From the NCBI GenBank assembly GCA_951406725.2, contig OX597814.1, forward strand, positions 80,476,001 to 80,540,000: a DNA stretch of 64,000 nt, read 5' to 3'. A program made the translations under genes and the position numbers. The notes below the pieces were generated by a model that did not search any database, had not been told where the DNA came from, and was given only the letters and a program-made list of their open reading frames with translations. Positions 1 to 14,062 of the stretch are shown piece after piece; the first letter of the stretch is position 1; the number at the start of each line of letters is the position of its first letter. This stretch comes from Octopus vulgaris. Its lineage: Eukaryota.

Positions 1-2165
1 TAGACTGTGTTGACAGATTTTCTTGCTGGCCGGAAGCTTTTCCCCTATCGGACACTTCTGCGAAAACTGTGGCCAAAACGCTAGTGTCTCACTGGGTTTC
101 GCGTTTCGGCACACCCGCAATGATCACCACCGACAGAGGACGACCGTTCGATTCCCACCTTTTCACCGAGCTGACTCGTCTCCTCGGGTGTAAACACACC
201 CGCTCAACAGCTTACCACTCCGCAGCAAATGACATGGTTGAACGCTTTCACCGCCAACTCAATGCGGCTATAAAAGCATATCCAGACTGTTCCAAGTGGT
301 TGGAATATCTCCCTCTCATCCTCCTTGGTATTCAATCTATGGTTAAGGAAGGAGTTGGGCATACTCCGGCTGAATTGGTTTATGGCACGGCATTCGCCTT
401 ACCTGGGCAGATGATCGACCCTGTTTCACCACAAGACTTTCCGGACCCAGCAAAATATGTTCACCGCTTACGGACATCCATGTCGCATTTGTCCCCTGCA
501 GGCTCCAGACAACACAACATCGCTTCACATGTCCCAAAGGACATCAATACTTGGACGCGTGTTTTCGTTAGAAATAATGGAATACATTCTCAACTTCGAT
601 CACCATATTCTGGGCCTTACAAAGTAATTCAAAAAGAACCAATATATTTCGTTCTCGATATTGGAGGAAAACAAAATACTGTCTCTGTTGATCGCTTAAA
701 AAAAAAGCATTCGTCGAAGAGGACTTACTTTCAGTTCCCGCCGTTCCTCAAACGGACTCATCAACTTCACCTTCACCCATCGCAAACACCTCAGATTCTG
801 CAGAACTCCGGCACACCAAATCACGAAGAACAGTTCGATGGCCCACAAGGTTTGTTCAAGTCTTTCGAGCAAGTACAAACATTTCACTTACCCATCTTCT
901 CAATTATAATGTCCACAATACCCACATCAGAAAATAAAAACAAATATTTTTTTTCTTATGGTTATGAACAATTTACACATACATAACCCAAGTGACTCTG
1001 CATCACTCGCATACAAACCAAAAGAAAACAAAGAAGATTTTGTATATATAAAAATAACATTTTTCTATATCAACGAAAATCATTTTTTATGGACATTTTT
1101 CTGCTAATTGAACTGACTGAACATTTCACCAAACGAACTTTTTCCACGAACATTTTCATTTTTCTGTAAAATTAGATTTCCTTGCATGTACATATGTTTT
1201 GTTTCGTTTTTAAAATGATTTGCTCTCTACATCACACCTGTATGCTTACACACACTTTCACCACTCATATTTTAACGTGTGCTATCACTTGCTCTCCGCG
1301 CCACTGAAAAGCAACTTACTTGTATTAGACCTCTAGTGGCTCGCGTAATCAATAGAATTGCATATCTCTTTCAACGCGCTAGCATATGACATTTATGCTT
1401 CTGCCTACGTATATACACATTGCCTAATATATTGCACACACCAACTCTGAACGTCGATTTTTTGCTTTACATTTTTTTATTTTCCATTTCTTTCACTTCC
1501 CATGTTTTTTAAATTAAACTGTATTCATTTTTCTGCATTACACACAAAATCACACATTTTCAATATCACACGCATCTGTATCGTGTGATATTGTGGCTTT
1601 CTCACTAGAATCTCTGTGGCTTTCTCACTAGAACTGGGGTAGTGTAAAAACTGACACTTCCTTTTTCCGAGCTGAGATTCGAAACCGAATCTAAAGATTT
1701 TCGCTTGTCTGATCCATGAACAGGCGCGAAAGAAATTTCTTTGTCCTGTCAAAAAGTGATGGATGGATTTCCCTTCGACCTAGGGCCTGAGCCGTGTCAT
1801 TTAAGGTTCAAGTGGACAGGAGGCGACCTACGTAGGTAGAAATTACTCCTGTGGTATGTCTGTCCTTCTAGCTGTCATAACCATTATAAATAGTTAGACA
1901 TACGACAGAGGCAGAGAGAACCATCACCAAGCAGACAACCAGCAAGTAACTTGCGCCAGTCAAGCAGCCAACATAGAACCACATATTCAGCACAGTAGCA
2001 GACGCAGAACATAAACAAACACCACCGAATGACCAACGCACACACAGACACAAAACATGCCTGGTTCTCCCTCATTATATCGACACAGTATTTCCCCTGT
2101 TATTTCTTCTTCGGCAACTCGAAGTAAGTTGGTAATGTCATGTAGTGAATGTTTTGGTGTATACA
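1..2165 (+). mobile_element. Ty3/Gypsy LTR retrotransposon, 3' part (integrase, 3' UTR, PPT, 3' LTR); continues off the left edge
   Basis: Frame from position 3 reads [23 protein letters not shown]...[16 protein letters not shown]...MVERFHRQL...SPYSGPYKV...VSVDRLK (rve core plus GPY/F module), with a frameshift near 700. A purine-rich tract AGAACTGGGGTAG precedes TGTA at 1643. Confidence 0.9.
1643..2165 (+). repeat. Putative 3' LTR of the Gypsy element
   Basis: Starts TGTA directly after the PPT-like tract and ends TACA at 2165 (or ACA at 2168). The partner LTR is not in the window. Confidence 0.55.
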
Positions 2166-2950
2166 ACAAGGAAATGGAAATGTCGTTTAAATAAATTATT
2201 TAAACCACAATCAGATGCTTTCCCATTGTTTTACTTTGATGTCGTCCTCATGCCTATTTCATCTGCTACTTCAACATCTTTTGCTACACCTTTCCCACTA
2301 CCTCTCTATTGCAATTGCGAAGTTAGGAACCTATCATATTATGTACTGTATCTTAAAATAACAGAAATAAACAATATAACAATTCCATTCTTCTCATCAG
2401 AAGAATATTCCTATAGATACAAACTGATACAAAATCATGCCTTGGGGCTTACATGCATTTTTACATTCCTTTTTAATTATTTAATTTTCTCACACATATC
2501 CGGTATTTTGCTGTGGTTCGATTTACCGGTCTTTTCTCATAAACGCTGTGCATGACGTTGTAATTCAGACTTTGAATGTATAGAGGTTGACACATTATTC
2601 TTGTCAGTCGGGATACATGTAAGCCCCAAGGTATGGTTTTGTATCAATATGTATCTATAGGAACATTCTCCTGGAGAGAACAATGGAACTGTTATATTGT
2701 TTATATCCGTTATTATTTACGATACGGTATAAAATATACGGTATATAAATTACAATAGTGAATTAACCTTTTATTTTTTAATTGTGGATTTTATATGTCA
2801 TGTCGCTCGTAGACAGCTTTGTTGTGAGGAGATGAAATGTGAGTGATAATAGTGGCTCTATAGTGGTTTTTGACTGCTATTTCTAAACATGTAAGGGTTT
2901 TTGCAACCCTCCCCATTATAACTGATTTTTTCATAATTATAAACATTCTT

Positions 2951-2990
<40 letters not shown>

Positions 2991-2993
<3 letters not shown>

Positions 2994-4379
2994 GGTGTCC
3001 CAAAAATTGTATGCACACTTTAAACAATTGTAAAGTAGTTGTTTATTAAAAGACACTTCATTCAACGATGTGTAGAAGCTGCACACTTTCCGACAAAGAT
3101 TGTGTGGAGTGATGAAGCCACATTCAAATTAAATGGTTCAGTTAACTGCCACAATTGCACTTACTGGGGGCCCGAGAATCTGCATGTTATGGTGAAACAC
3201 TTCATTTTCAAAATTTAATAGAATCTCCAGACATTATTTTATCGTTTTGTCAATGCCTGTTTTCAAACTGGTGTCCGGTCTGGTCCAGGCACTGCTGACA
3301 ACGCAAAGGAATGGAATCACAAATATCACAAAAGAATTTGTTTGGTATTTGTGTGCACTCTCGTCCAATGGCTGTTCTCAAATCAGCGACTTGTATGTTT
3401 CATAGAGTAGAATTTGTCTTTAAGGTATCCCCATAAAAAAGTCTAGTGGTGTGAGGTCTGGTGAATTCAACCATATCTCTTCATCCAATCCACCTGTTTA
3501 GCAAGATCTCATCAAGGAAGGATCTAACATTGCAATGGTAGTGTGGGGGTGCCCCATCTTGCTGAAAATAAAATTCCTCATCTTTAAAGTCTTCTCTAAT
3601 GCTTGGCATAACAGACTGTTGCAACAAGTTCAAGTAAACGGGACCAGTCACAGTAGCATAACAAAAGAATGGTCCAATTAATCCTCTTGATGATAAACCA
3701 CACCACACAAATATCAAATTAACATGGTGTTTCACCATAACATGCAGATTCTCAGGACCCCAGTAGGTGCAATTGTGGCAGTTAATTGAACCATTTAATT
3801 TGAATGTGGCTTCATCACTCCACACAATCTTTGTTGGAAAGTGTGCAGCTTCTACACATCGTTCCAAGTACCACTCGCAATGCTGCACTCTTTCGTCTGG
3901 ATCATCATCATTAATAGCATGGACTAATCTTGGAATGTAACTTTTCCATTGACAATGCTTCAAAATGCATTGGACAGATGATTTTGGAATACCTACCTCA
4001 TGACTCGCTTTGCCGCACAGATTTTCTTGGACTTTGGTGATTCATTTCCAGTACTCCTTGCTTTGTTGGGGTTGTTGATGTTTGGGGTCTTCTGGAATGC
4101 TTATCGTGGACATTCTGAACAGTTCCATCAGCTTCAAACTTATCTCTAATTCAAGCGATAGGGAGTTGCATTGGTGGATCTGTTTGAAACTCCCTCCCCA
4201 ACTGTTTTTGCACTTCAACTGCATTTTCACACTTCTAGTATCATTTTAGAATGAATTTTCTTTGTTCAAAGCTTAATCTGACTGCCATCATTAAATCCTA
4301 TAGGTTTCATCTGGAAAGAAAAAATATCAATTGAGTTATCAGCTGCTAAAGTGTGTATACATTTTGGGGGGACACCCTG
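2991..4379 (-). mobile_element. Tc1/mariner-superfamily DNA transposon with a disrupted transposase (DUF4817/Tc3-like)
   Basis: TIRs CAGGGTGTCCCAAAAATTGTATGCACACTT and AAGTGTGTATACATTTTGGGGGGACACCCTG, with TA on both sides. Minus-strand peptide MAVRLSFEQRKFILK...[13 protein letters not shown]...VWCGLS...[10 protein letters not shown]...RWIG has stops and frameshifts. Confidence 0.93.
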
Positions 4380-4489
4380 TATATATAAAGTTAATCCAAA
4401 CAAGAAAACACAAAAACAAAAAAACACAACAACGCGAGGACGTGGAACAAATAAAGTATTATTGGACGCTCAGGAAAGAAGGGAAGAAA

Positions 4490-4971
<482 letters not shown>

Positions 4972-5079
4972 TCACTCCCGTCGATTTCGACCTATGTGTG
5001 TTTGAAGGAAAGGATTTATGGCTAAAAAGAAAAGAAGTGGGAAAGAGAAAACCTCTTTTAGGAGTAAAAGAACAAAAGT

Positions 5080-5265
5080 AGCTGCGATGGATGCGTAAAC
5101 GTAGTTTGAGTCCAGGCATCAATTTTGCTATAAAGTTGCAATGGGGACACGGATGATTTTGATTTTGCCTGGGATTGGGCAAATATGTCTGTTGATTGCT
5201 GGATATAATTCTTTCATGGTTCCTTTTCTTCAACTCAAATTATTTTGATGCATCATGACACATTT
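5080..5265 (-). mobile_element. RTE-clade LINE 3' fragment (C-terminal C2H2-like finger)
   Basis: HPCPHCNFIAKLMPGLKLRLRIHRS resembles the terminal CxxC...GL..H.R.H motif of RTE ORF2. Confidence 0.6.
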
Positions 5266-5274
5266 TAAGCTATA

Positions 5275-5564
5275 CAAGGCTCACGGCTCTTCAATATCCT
5301 CCCGAAGAACCTGAGAGACCTGCATGGTGTAGATGCGGATGTCTTTAAAGTAGGACTGGATCTCTTCCTGTCAGGTGTCCCGGATGAACCAACTTCACGG
5401 CAGGAGGTGCAGATGAGGGCAGCTGCATCGAACTCTCTCATGCATCAGATGGCGTTTGCTAAAAAGCATCCGTGAGGTAAAACCGTGTAGCAAACCAAAT
5501 GGCGGTGCCCCAGCATGGCCACAGCTCATTAGCTGAAACTGGAAAAATCAAAATCAAATCAAAT
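5275..5564 (+). mobile_element. CR1/L2-like LINE 3' end with (AAATC)n tail
   Basis: GSRLFNILPKNLRDLHGVDADVFKVGLDLFLSGVPDEPT is a typical ORF2 C-terminus, followed by a short UTR and a tandem-repeat tail. Confidence 0.75.
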
Positions 5565-5931
5565 CATACAAGTCGATCTACGCAATGAATTTCCAGAGAT
5601 GTCAAGTCAAGCTGTAGATATTTTAGTGATTGCTTCAACTTATCCTTACGCTTAAGGATAGGTCTTCCTTTAGCGTGGCCGGTAAAGGTAATATAGGTAG
5701 TTAGAATAAATCTCAGCTGTTTCCTCTTGAAACACACCTGCTTATTCCATAAGGACAATCTAATATTAAGTCTCAGTTGCCAGTGTATATCAGACAAAAT
5801 ACATATTAAAATCGTATCCTTCATATGCCTATCTAACATTAGCCAATGAAGCACGTGTAATGCTGAATAAATAATACCAAAAAGATTCCAATTTTCTCTT
5901 TTGTTATATGTGTGTGTGTAGAAAAACAATA

Positions 5932-6405
<474 letters not shown>

Positions 6406-6553
6406 TTACATTTATTATTATCAATGAAAGCACTATTAGTTCAAAGTTAACGATCTGTATATTTACTTAAAGTGTATATATGTTGAAAGCCTTCTAAAGT
6501 GCAGTATTCGTCTTGAGAAAGTATCTGTTACAGACTCTACATTGGTGATGAAA

Positions 6554-6596
6554 TTGCAAGATCCGGATTTCTGCCCGTTAGCTTCATCAGTAACAA
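6554..6596 (-). ncRNA. Minimal type I hammerhead ribozyme-like motif, partly decayed
   Basis: Minus strand UUGUUA-CUGAUGA-A-GCU(AACG)GGC-A-GAA-AUCCGGAU-C-UUGCAA. The core is intact, stem III is palindromic and the cleavage triplet is AUC. There are mismatches in stem I and at the 10.1-11.1 pair. Confidence 0.55.
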
Positions 6597-7071
6597 ATAT
6601 CCAGGTCATATTTGCCACGTCACGTAGCAAATATCCACGATATGAGGTGCGAGTGCGACCACACACCACACACAAACCCACGTAAATGTATATATGCATG
6701 TATATTTAATCATGTGAGTGAGTGTATGTATGAGAGTATTTGTATCAGCACGCGTGTATGTTAAATTATTAACGTATTTGTTGTGTGTATTTTTTTCTAA
6801 CGGGTAAAGTAAATTGCTTTCAGCGCCATCATTTAATGGTCTGTTTCTCTTGTTGTTCCTATTGACGAGAAAATACGTGACAAAGTTGACTGATCCTAAA
6901 TTATTCTTTACAATAATCATTCTCCGTCACTTCTCCATTCAAGTTCACCATTCATTTCGTTTATTATAATCCAATTGCAGAAGATATGGGACGATGGATG
7001 CATTTATCTATTCAATAAGTCAATTAACCACACCGTCTTGGAAATCGCTTTTCAAGATTATAACTGGGGAT

Positions 7072-7460
7072 TGTCATTGTCATCAACATCATCATCGTTG
7101 TTGTTGTTGCTGCCGTAGTTTTTGCTGATGATTATGATGATGGCGGCGGTGGTGGTGGTGGTGGCGGCCAGCAGTGGAGGCGATGGTGGATTTGGTAGTG
7201 GAGGTGACGGCGGTGGGGGTAGTGATAGCGGCGGCGGTGGTGATGGCAGCGGCGACGGCAACGGTGGTGGTGGGGGTGCGGTGATGGTGGTACAAGTAGT
7301 GATGGTGACGGTGTTGATGGAGGTAGTAGCGGTGGTGGCGGTAGTGGTGGTGCTGGTGGTGGTGGTGGTGGTGTAGCGGTGGTGGTGATGATAGTGGAAG
7401 AGGAGTTGTGTTGGAAGACAAAGTATGGTGGTGGCGGCGGTGGCGGCGATGGCGACGACA
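7072..7460. repeat. Degenerate (GGT/GGC/GAT)n trinucleotide low-complexity tract
   Basis: Directly visible; gives poly-G/P/H/V ORFs in all frames. Confidence 0.92.
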
Positions 7461-7920
7461 TTCCTTTCAGTTTACGTTTGTTTAATCAGATGCGAGATTA
7501 CTTTAAAACCAATTTATTGGGTGGCGAGGTTGGCGGAATCGTTAAAGCGTGGATCACGAACATGATTTTAGTGTCTCGATATTGGGTGGCGGGGGAGGTT
7601 CTTCTGCTCTTCTCTTTATTTTCTTTGTTTAGCGTTCGAATCCTTCCGAAGACAGTTTTGCTTTCCATCCTCCCAAGGTAAATAAATTAATCTACCTGTA
7701 ATTTACTGGAGTTCTTATAATCATCCTTACCATTCCTGTTACAATGCGTGGGCTGGTTCCAATATCAGAAAATGTAATATTTGTGTGTACACATGCGTGC
7801 ACCTCCCCTCTCTCTCTCTCTTTCACTCTATCACACACACACAGACTCACACATACACTCACACACACACATGCACACACACACGCACACTATTATATGT
7901 AAATAAATGTTATGATTTGT

Positions 7921-8116
7921 ACCGAGGTTCAACTTCTACCGAGATCGACTTTACCTTTCATCCTTTCGGGGTCGATAAATTAAGTACCAGTTGAGTACTG
8001 GGATTGATGTAATCGACTATTCCCCTCTCCCAAACTTCAGGCCTTGTGCTTATAGTTGAAAGGATTATTTGTACCGTGGTTTAGGGCGGTGAGCTGGCAG
8101 AATCATTAGCACGCTG
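7921..8116 (+). mobile_element. SINE family B: 5'-truncated copy plus the head of a second copy
   Basis: Body GATCGACTTTACCTTTCATCCTTTCGGGGTCGATAAATTAAGTACCAG, flanking repeat ATTTGTACCG, and head GGCGGTGAGCTGGCAGAATC at about 8084. Confidence 0.8.
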
Positions 8117-11100
8117 CGGTTAATTTGTCTTTGCGAGAATTTGGTTAGTAATGGTTATTATTATTTATTGTTATTGTTGCCATTTATTGTTAAATTTTGA
8201 ACTTCTGTTATTGTCCAACGTTCTGTTTTAACAGACGTAGTGGACTGTTGTTCTCCTCCGTAAGGAGGGGAAAATAATTTTTGAAATAATTTTTGGAAAA
8301 AATATTTTTGAAAATATTTATTTTTGTGAAAATGAATTCGGAGGACAAGCCTTCTAAACGTGACCAAGCTAACCAAAGAGCAACTGTAAAACAAGACAAA
8401 ATGAACGAAAATGTGAACGAAAGGCATATAAATGCAGTAAACGGGAAAATGAACCAAGAAGGAAAAATAAATGCTGAAAACGATAAAATGAATAACGGAA
8501 AAGTAAACCCAACAGAAAACAATCAAAAGAAGATTAATTTTGCCACTGCAGCTGGTGTGAGAAAAGGTAAATTGCACATAGAGCTAGATTCACTGCGGCA
8601 ACACAGAGGTATGTTCGAAAGGGAAGATTTTGACGTTAAAGCCACCCTCCCTAGCGAACTCATCGAAGAGGAAAATAATAACATATAAGACAATGATAAT
8701 AAGAGACAAGAAAATAAGAAGGCATCCAAAGAACAAATTGAGAAGTGTCTATAACCCATCTGGCAAGACAAAGACTTCTTGACCAGAGGGAGAAGATACG
8801 CCATAGTAGTGGTGTACTTCAAAAATGAGAAAAAGGTTATTAAACACTCGCTCCAACCGATAAAAACCAATGAAGTCATTTTATTACCAACTTATATGGG
8901 TAGGAGAACATCCAATATAGTTATTGAGGAAATCCCACCAGAAATAAATGTCATTTGGATTATCTCAGCCCTTCTAATAGGGCTTGGGGATAAAATCAAG
9001 ATGATTGAAGCTTCCAGAATACAACAACAGAACTGGCGGGCCGAGGGTTTGAGATCATAATCCAAGCGACCCCCCCACCACCACACACACACACACCAGA
9101 CATTAGCAGGAATTGCTGAGAACATCCAGATCGGAGGAGAAACCACCTTGCGGGTAATGGTGGAAGGCAGGAAACCCAGATGCTACGAATGTGGCGAAAA
9201 AGGCCACAATCGGGTAAACTGCCCCGCCCGCAAGGAGAAAAAGAGGAAAAAAGAACAAAGCCAAAAGACTGACCAGCAGAACCCCGGTACTGATGGTGTT
9301 CAACAAGCCGGAGAAAAAGACGGCTGGTCGGCAGTAAGAACCAAAAAAAGGGAAAAATAATAACAACAACCAACCCAACCCTACAACAACCAAAAGAAAA
9401 ACTCAGAACACTCAAAGAAAAATTACCCCACACCACCACTATTCCCCCCAAAAGCCAACAATATCAGATTCTCCCCATCCTATTCCCCTCTCGGTGATGA
9501 GTCCCCCTTGCCCCTCTAGTTCGGATTTCTCCCCTTTCCCAGACATCACCCCTCACCCGCCAAGCCCAGGTAATCTGTCCCCGATATCAAGTTCAAGAAA
9601 ATCTAACGAATATAAGGAAATACTGACTGCAATAAACAATGGTAACGAACAATTAAAAAAAACGTTAAAGCAAATACCAACGGTGTCACCATAAGACTCC
9701 AGAAAATATTGCCATTTATAAAATAGATAAAATGAACTATAACATCTTAAAAAACCACCACCCAACTGACATGGGTCCTCCAAGACTTGATTTTAACAAG
9801 TCGATGTATGAAGATCTATGTCAGAATATCACCCACGAACCAGTGAAAAAGAGAGTACCACTGACTAAGGTAAGTCCATGTCAAGCATTCACGTTGGATG
9901 TATAAATGTGCGTGGGTTGACGTCTAGCTGGAAGCAAGGACGCCTCCTAAATGACGTCAGGTCACGGGATTTAGATGTTGTTGCTACGGAAACCCGGTTG
10001 AAGGGGCCAAGAGATCTGTTCCCGCTGTTTGATGGTTACGAGAGTTTCGTCTCTCTGTGCTGCCCTCATAGCAGGAGCGGGGTGTTGGTCCTATTAAAAG
10101 AAACCAGGTTTTTGAGAAAAAGTTGATTTTTGCAGATCCAGAAGGTAGGCTGGTCGTCATTGACTTGACGTTCAGCCGTTGTAAGACTATCAGACTGGTT
10201 GCAATTTATGCACTTCAAGATATGGGGCAAACTGAGTATTATCAGAACCTAGAGAAGTTTCTTGGCACATAACATCCCTTAGTTGTGCTAGGAGACTAAC
10301 TGCTAGGAGACTAATCTACGCGTGCATCTGCGATGCACGCGTAGATTATGTAGGCTCGTGTGTTAATAGAAGTAATGCTTGCTTCCAGGATCTACTAAGA
10401 CGTTTTGAGCTGGTAGATCCATACAGACAGGAATTTCCGAATGCTCCATTGTGGGCATGGGCAAATAGGGACGGATCTTCCAGGTCTTATCTAGATAGAG
10501 TATTAATAAGAAAAGTAGATAAGAATATAGGTTCCACAGTTTCACATGGTCAGCTACAGTGATCACAAGATGGTCAACTGTAAGCTCGACATAGATAGTT
10601 ATATAGAGGTCCCGGCTACTGGAAACTTAATACGTCCCTTTTGTGATTAAGGAGTACAGAGACCGGATTAAGATGTTAATTCAAAGGGCATTAATCGGAT
10701 CCATTATTAGCAACAAATAGTGGTATGCCTTCAAGCGAGCCATTAAATATGAGTCCATTTGATATAGCATAGGTTTAGTGGCTAGAGAGGCTAGAAGGGA
10801 ATCAGCTCTAGTTAAGGCCTTAGAGGAAGCAATGCGAACTGGCTCTGTGGCTCAGGAGAGGGCCAAGAGACTGGTGTTGAACCAGCACCTCGAAGCCAAA
10901 CACATGGGTTGCATTTTCAGGGCTAGACAATGTGCAATGGGTTGTGAAGGAATCAATGCTGTGGGATGGGCCGGAGTGGTAGAAGCCCAACGTGGAAATC
11001 ATGCCACAATTTGATCTTTGACGAACCAGCAAGGGAAGTTGATAGACGAACCTGAGGAGATGTGTGAGGTCTTTCAGGACCACTTCGCCCAGCTTTTCGG

Positions 11101-11600
11101 GGGGGGGGGCTGAGTGTAGGAAGGACGTAATGGAGTTCCTTGCCGGGCTACCGCGTCCCTCGGAGCAGGGTGCGAGTTGTAGTGAGGGGCCGATCACATC
11201 TGAGGAGGTAAAAGAGACAATGGAAGACTGCGACGCGGGTAAAGCGCCTGGGCTGGATAGTCTACTCTACGAGCTGTATAAGAGCATGATGGACTAGCTC
11301 GGACACCTATTGGCGAGTGTCTACGCGAACTAGCAACAAATTGGACTCATCCCCAGACCTTTACGCCGAGGAGTGTTGACGCTCGTCAGAAAGGACCCGA
11401 ACAACGGGGATGTCATTGATAATTTTCGGCCCATCACTCTGCTCAACGCAGAGCTGAAGATTTTGGCCAAAGTGTTATCGAAAAGATTGGCGCGTGTTGC
11501 GGATGGGTTGATCGGAGGAGCACAGACACGTGTCATCCTCGGCAGATCCATTCAGGATAATCTCCATCTTATACGATACACAACAGAGGGAATAAATAAC
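8117..11600 (+). mobile_element. Tx1/L1-clade LINE: 5' UTR, ORF1 and the 5' half of ORF2 (decayed, 3'-truncated)
   Basis: ORF1 from about 8332 carries a zinc knuckle CYECGEKGHNRVNC (9181). ORF2 from 9878 has APE motifs (CINVRGL, DVVATET, SRSYLDRV, SDHKMV, GYWKLN) and RT N-terminal motifs (KAPGLD, NFRPITLLNAELKILAKVLSKRL, GRSIQDNL). Many stops. Confidence 0.92.
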
Positions 11601-11720
11601 GATTCCATCACTCAATACTCATATAACATTGTGTTGTGGACCATACATATATTAAGTTCTACACCAGGTTATAAGTCTCACTATGTCTAAGCGATATATA
11701 AACACACACACACACACATG

Positions 11721-11786
<66 letters not shown>

Positions 11787-11893
11787 TTGGCAGCACGTCG
11801 GTTTTAATCTACTCAGTCAATGAGTTTTAAAATGGATTCTGACCTTTAAAAATAAACTAAACTAGGAAGTAGCATAAATTAATATTTAAAAAG

Positions 11894-11944
<51 letters not shown>

Positions 11945-11946
<2 letters not shown>

Positions 11947-12444
11947 GTGTTATCATGTACCTTGTTTTGTCTTGGTATAAAAGATGGGCTACAGCAAATA
12001 TTCTGCTCAATACCACAGATTTGCTTGTCAGTTGTTTGACCTTAACCAGTTGACCATGTCCCTTAGTGGCTGACGATATGTGCATCTCTGATCATGAACA
12101 GAAGTAGTGGGGGAGCATCATAGCCATGTGTTGAGAGGGATTCTTTGGGGTTTGAATAATTCACCTCTGGAAACATGGGTGTTTCGTTCAACATCCTTAA
12201 ATAACCCTTATTCAGGGACCTTTTGAGCGGGATGGGCTACTCAACCTGAAGAAAATTCTAACTGGGTCCCACCTGCAAGGTCATGTGCTGCTTATCTTGA
12301 TATGAGATCACCATGTCGCGCACATATGGTTGTGATGCATGTGCCTGGTGTACCCTTATCAGACGGGTAGTCATGATGGGTATATTGGGCTTCGTATATT
12401 TTACCCCAGTGTCACTTTGATGGCATGAACTGCTTTCTCACTCA
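11945..12444 (+). mobile_element. ~500-bp non-coding element inside a (TAA)n tract; probable 3' UTR of a TAA-targeting non-LTR retrotransposon (R4/Dong-like)
   Basis: GC-richer block bounded on both sides by long (TAA)n arrays (11894-11944 and 12445-12561), ending CTCACTC-(AAT)n. Family assignment is inference. Confidence 0.5.
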
Positions 12445-12477
12445 ATAATAATAATAGTAATAATAATAATAATAATA

Positions 12478-12560
<83 letters not shown>

Positions 12561-13872
12561 TAGTAGCACCGTCCTGAAAAGTAACGCTAATTAAATTTTG
12601 CCATTTTCTGATAGAGTAAAAACTTTTTTTAATGACGACTACGGTAATAGTAGGTACTTACTTTATTGGAGCGTGATGACGAAAATTTTGTTGCACCTAA
12701 TAACAATAACACGCTGAATTGCTACGGAGAGGAAGTCGGTGAGAATGAGAAGGACATTAACAGAAATACAGTGTGGCTGACTGGTCTGCTAGATATAGAT
12801 GCGAAAGAGAAATATAATATTCAATAATGTACGCCAAGACGTATTAGGTTTCGGCCAAGGCAGGATAGCTAAATAGCTATATAGTTTTATTTTTCTTAGA
12901 CCAAGGCTGATATGGAGCTAAACCGCAACAAAATCAACAACAAAAACGACAAAAAACAAAAACCAACAGCACTAAAACTAACAACAGCTTCAGGCAATAT
13001 CAACAATAACAACAATAACTCGAACACCAAAATCAGGCACTCTTTTGCAGAGTTCACTCTACCATTATTGGTCGAAGATGAGAAAATAAAGTGAGCGAGT
13101 GCTATTATTTCTTCGTCAGTTGTAATCCGGTGAAACACATCCTCATGAAATATGTAACTAGACTGGAATATTTCCTATTCTTTTGATTCGGCTAGAATGA
13201 AAAGTAGCGTTGATCAAATGTACATTTGCTGACCACACTTATCACGAGATATCGTAGCCTAAAACACACAAGAATGCCTTGAGACAGTGACATCTTCCAA
13301 GACTCTTAGAAACTGAGCAACTGTCGTCATCATTTAGGAGACTATTCCATCATTTTACGTCTCTACTAATTTTCAGTTACGGCAGGCAAACGCAACCGAA
13401 GGTGGCTGCTATCTTTTTAGAATGTTATCCTGATACCTCTCAGAACAATCTAGCTTCTCTTGCATTCTGAACAAGTTTAGAGGAGAGTATGACATACGAA
13501 GTCATACAAGGCACCCTGAGTATCGATAATTTTGTACGGAACATCTTCTAAGCAATCATATAGATCATACAGCGTAAGCTCTTGAAAAAGTATCTTCATC
13601 CATAGACACAAACCTTATGGATTAAATCAGATAACCTGAAACTGTGCGGAATCGCAGTTTGGACTGTACTTGTTTTTGGGTGGTGTACTTAATTTGTTGC
13701 GTGCATTAACTATACCATCTGATCCTTCGGATCTTCAAACAAACCTTCTCCAAGTAGTATGCACTTCCTACTCTGACTAGGTAAAAAAAATTCAAAAATA
13801 ACAGGCGATTTTTAAAACAACTTTCAGTGAAATTTTCGTGCAATTTATTTTTATTAGTTCGTACAATTAATA

Positions 13873-14062
13873 ATCCCTTCTACTATAGGTACAAGGCCTA
13901 GAATTTGAGAGAGTGGTATAAGTAGATTACATAGACCCTAGTATTCAACTGGTACTTATTTTATCGACCCCGAAAGGATGAAAGGCAAAGTCGACCTCGG
14001 CGGAATTTGAACTCAGAAGCATTTCGCCCAATGTGCTAACGATCCAGCCAGCTCGCCGCCTT
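13873..14062 (-). mobile_element. SINE family B with a ~17-bp target-site duplication
   Basis: Head (rc) AAGGCGGCGAGCTGG and B-box GAGTTCAAATTCC. TSD GTTCGT(A/G)CAATTAATAA at 13857 and 14063. Other copies at 14232-14440, 17096-17305, 23779-23995, 38428-38628, 48663-48812, 55410-55523, 57430-57600 and 63268-63416. Confidence 0.88.

Noticed and set aside
7058-7681. Pro-, His- and Gly-rich ORFs resembling extensin or glycine-rich proteins
   Set aside because: Trinucleotide low-complexity DNA open in most frames, with no domain or convincing exon structure.
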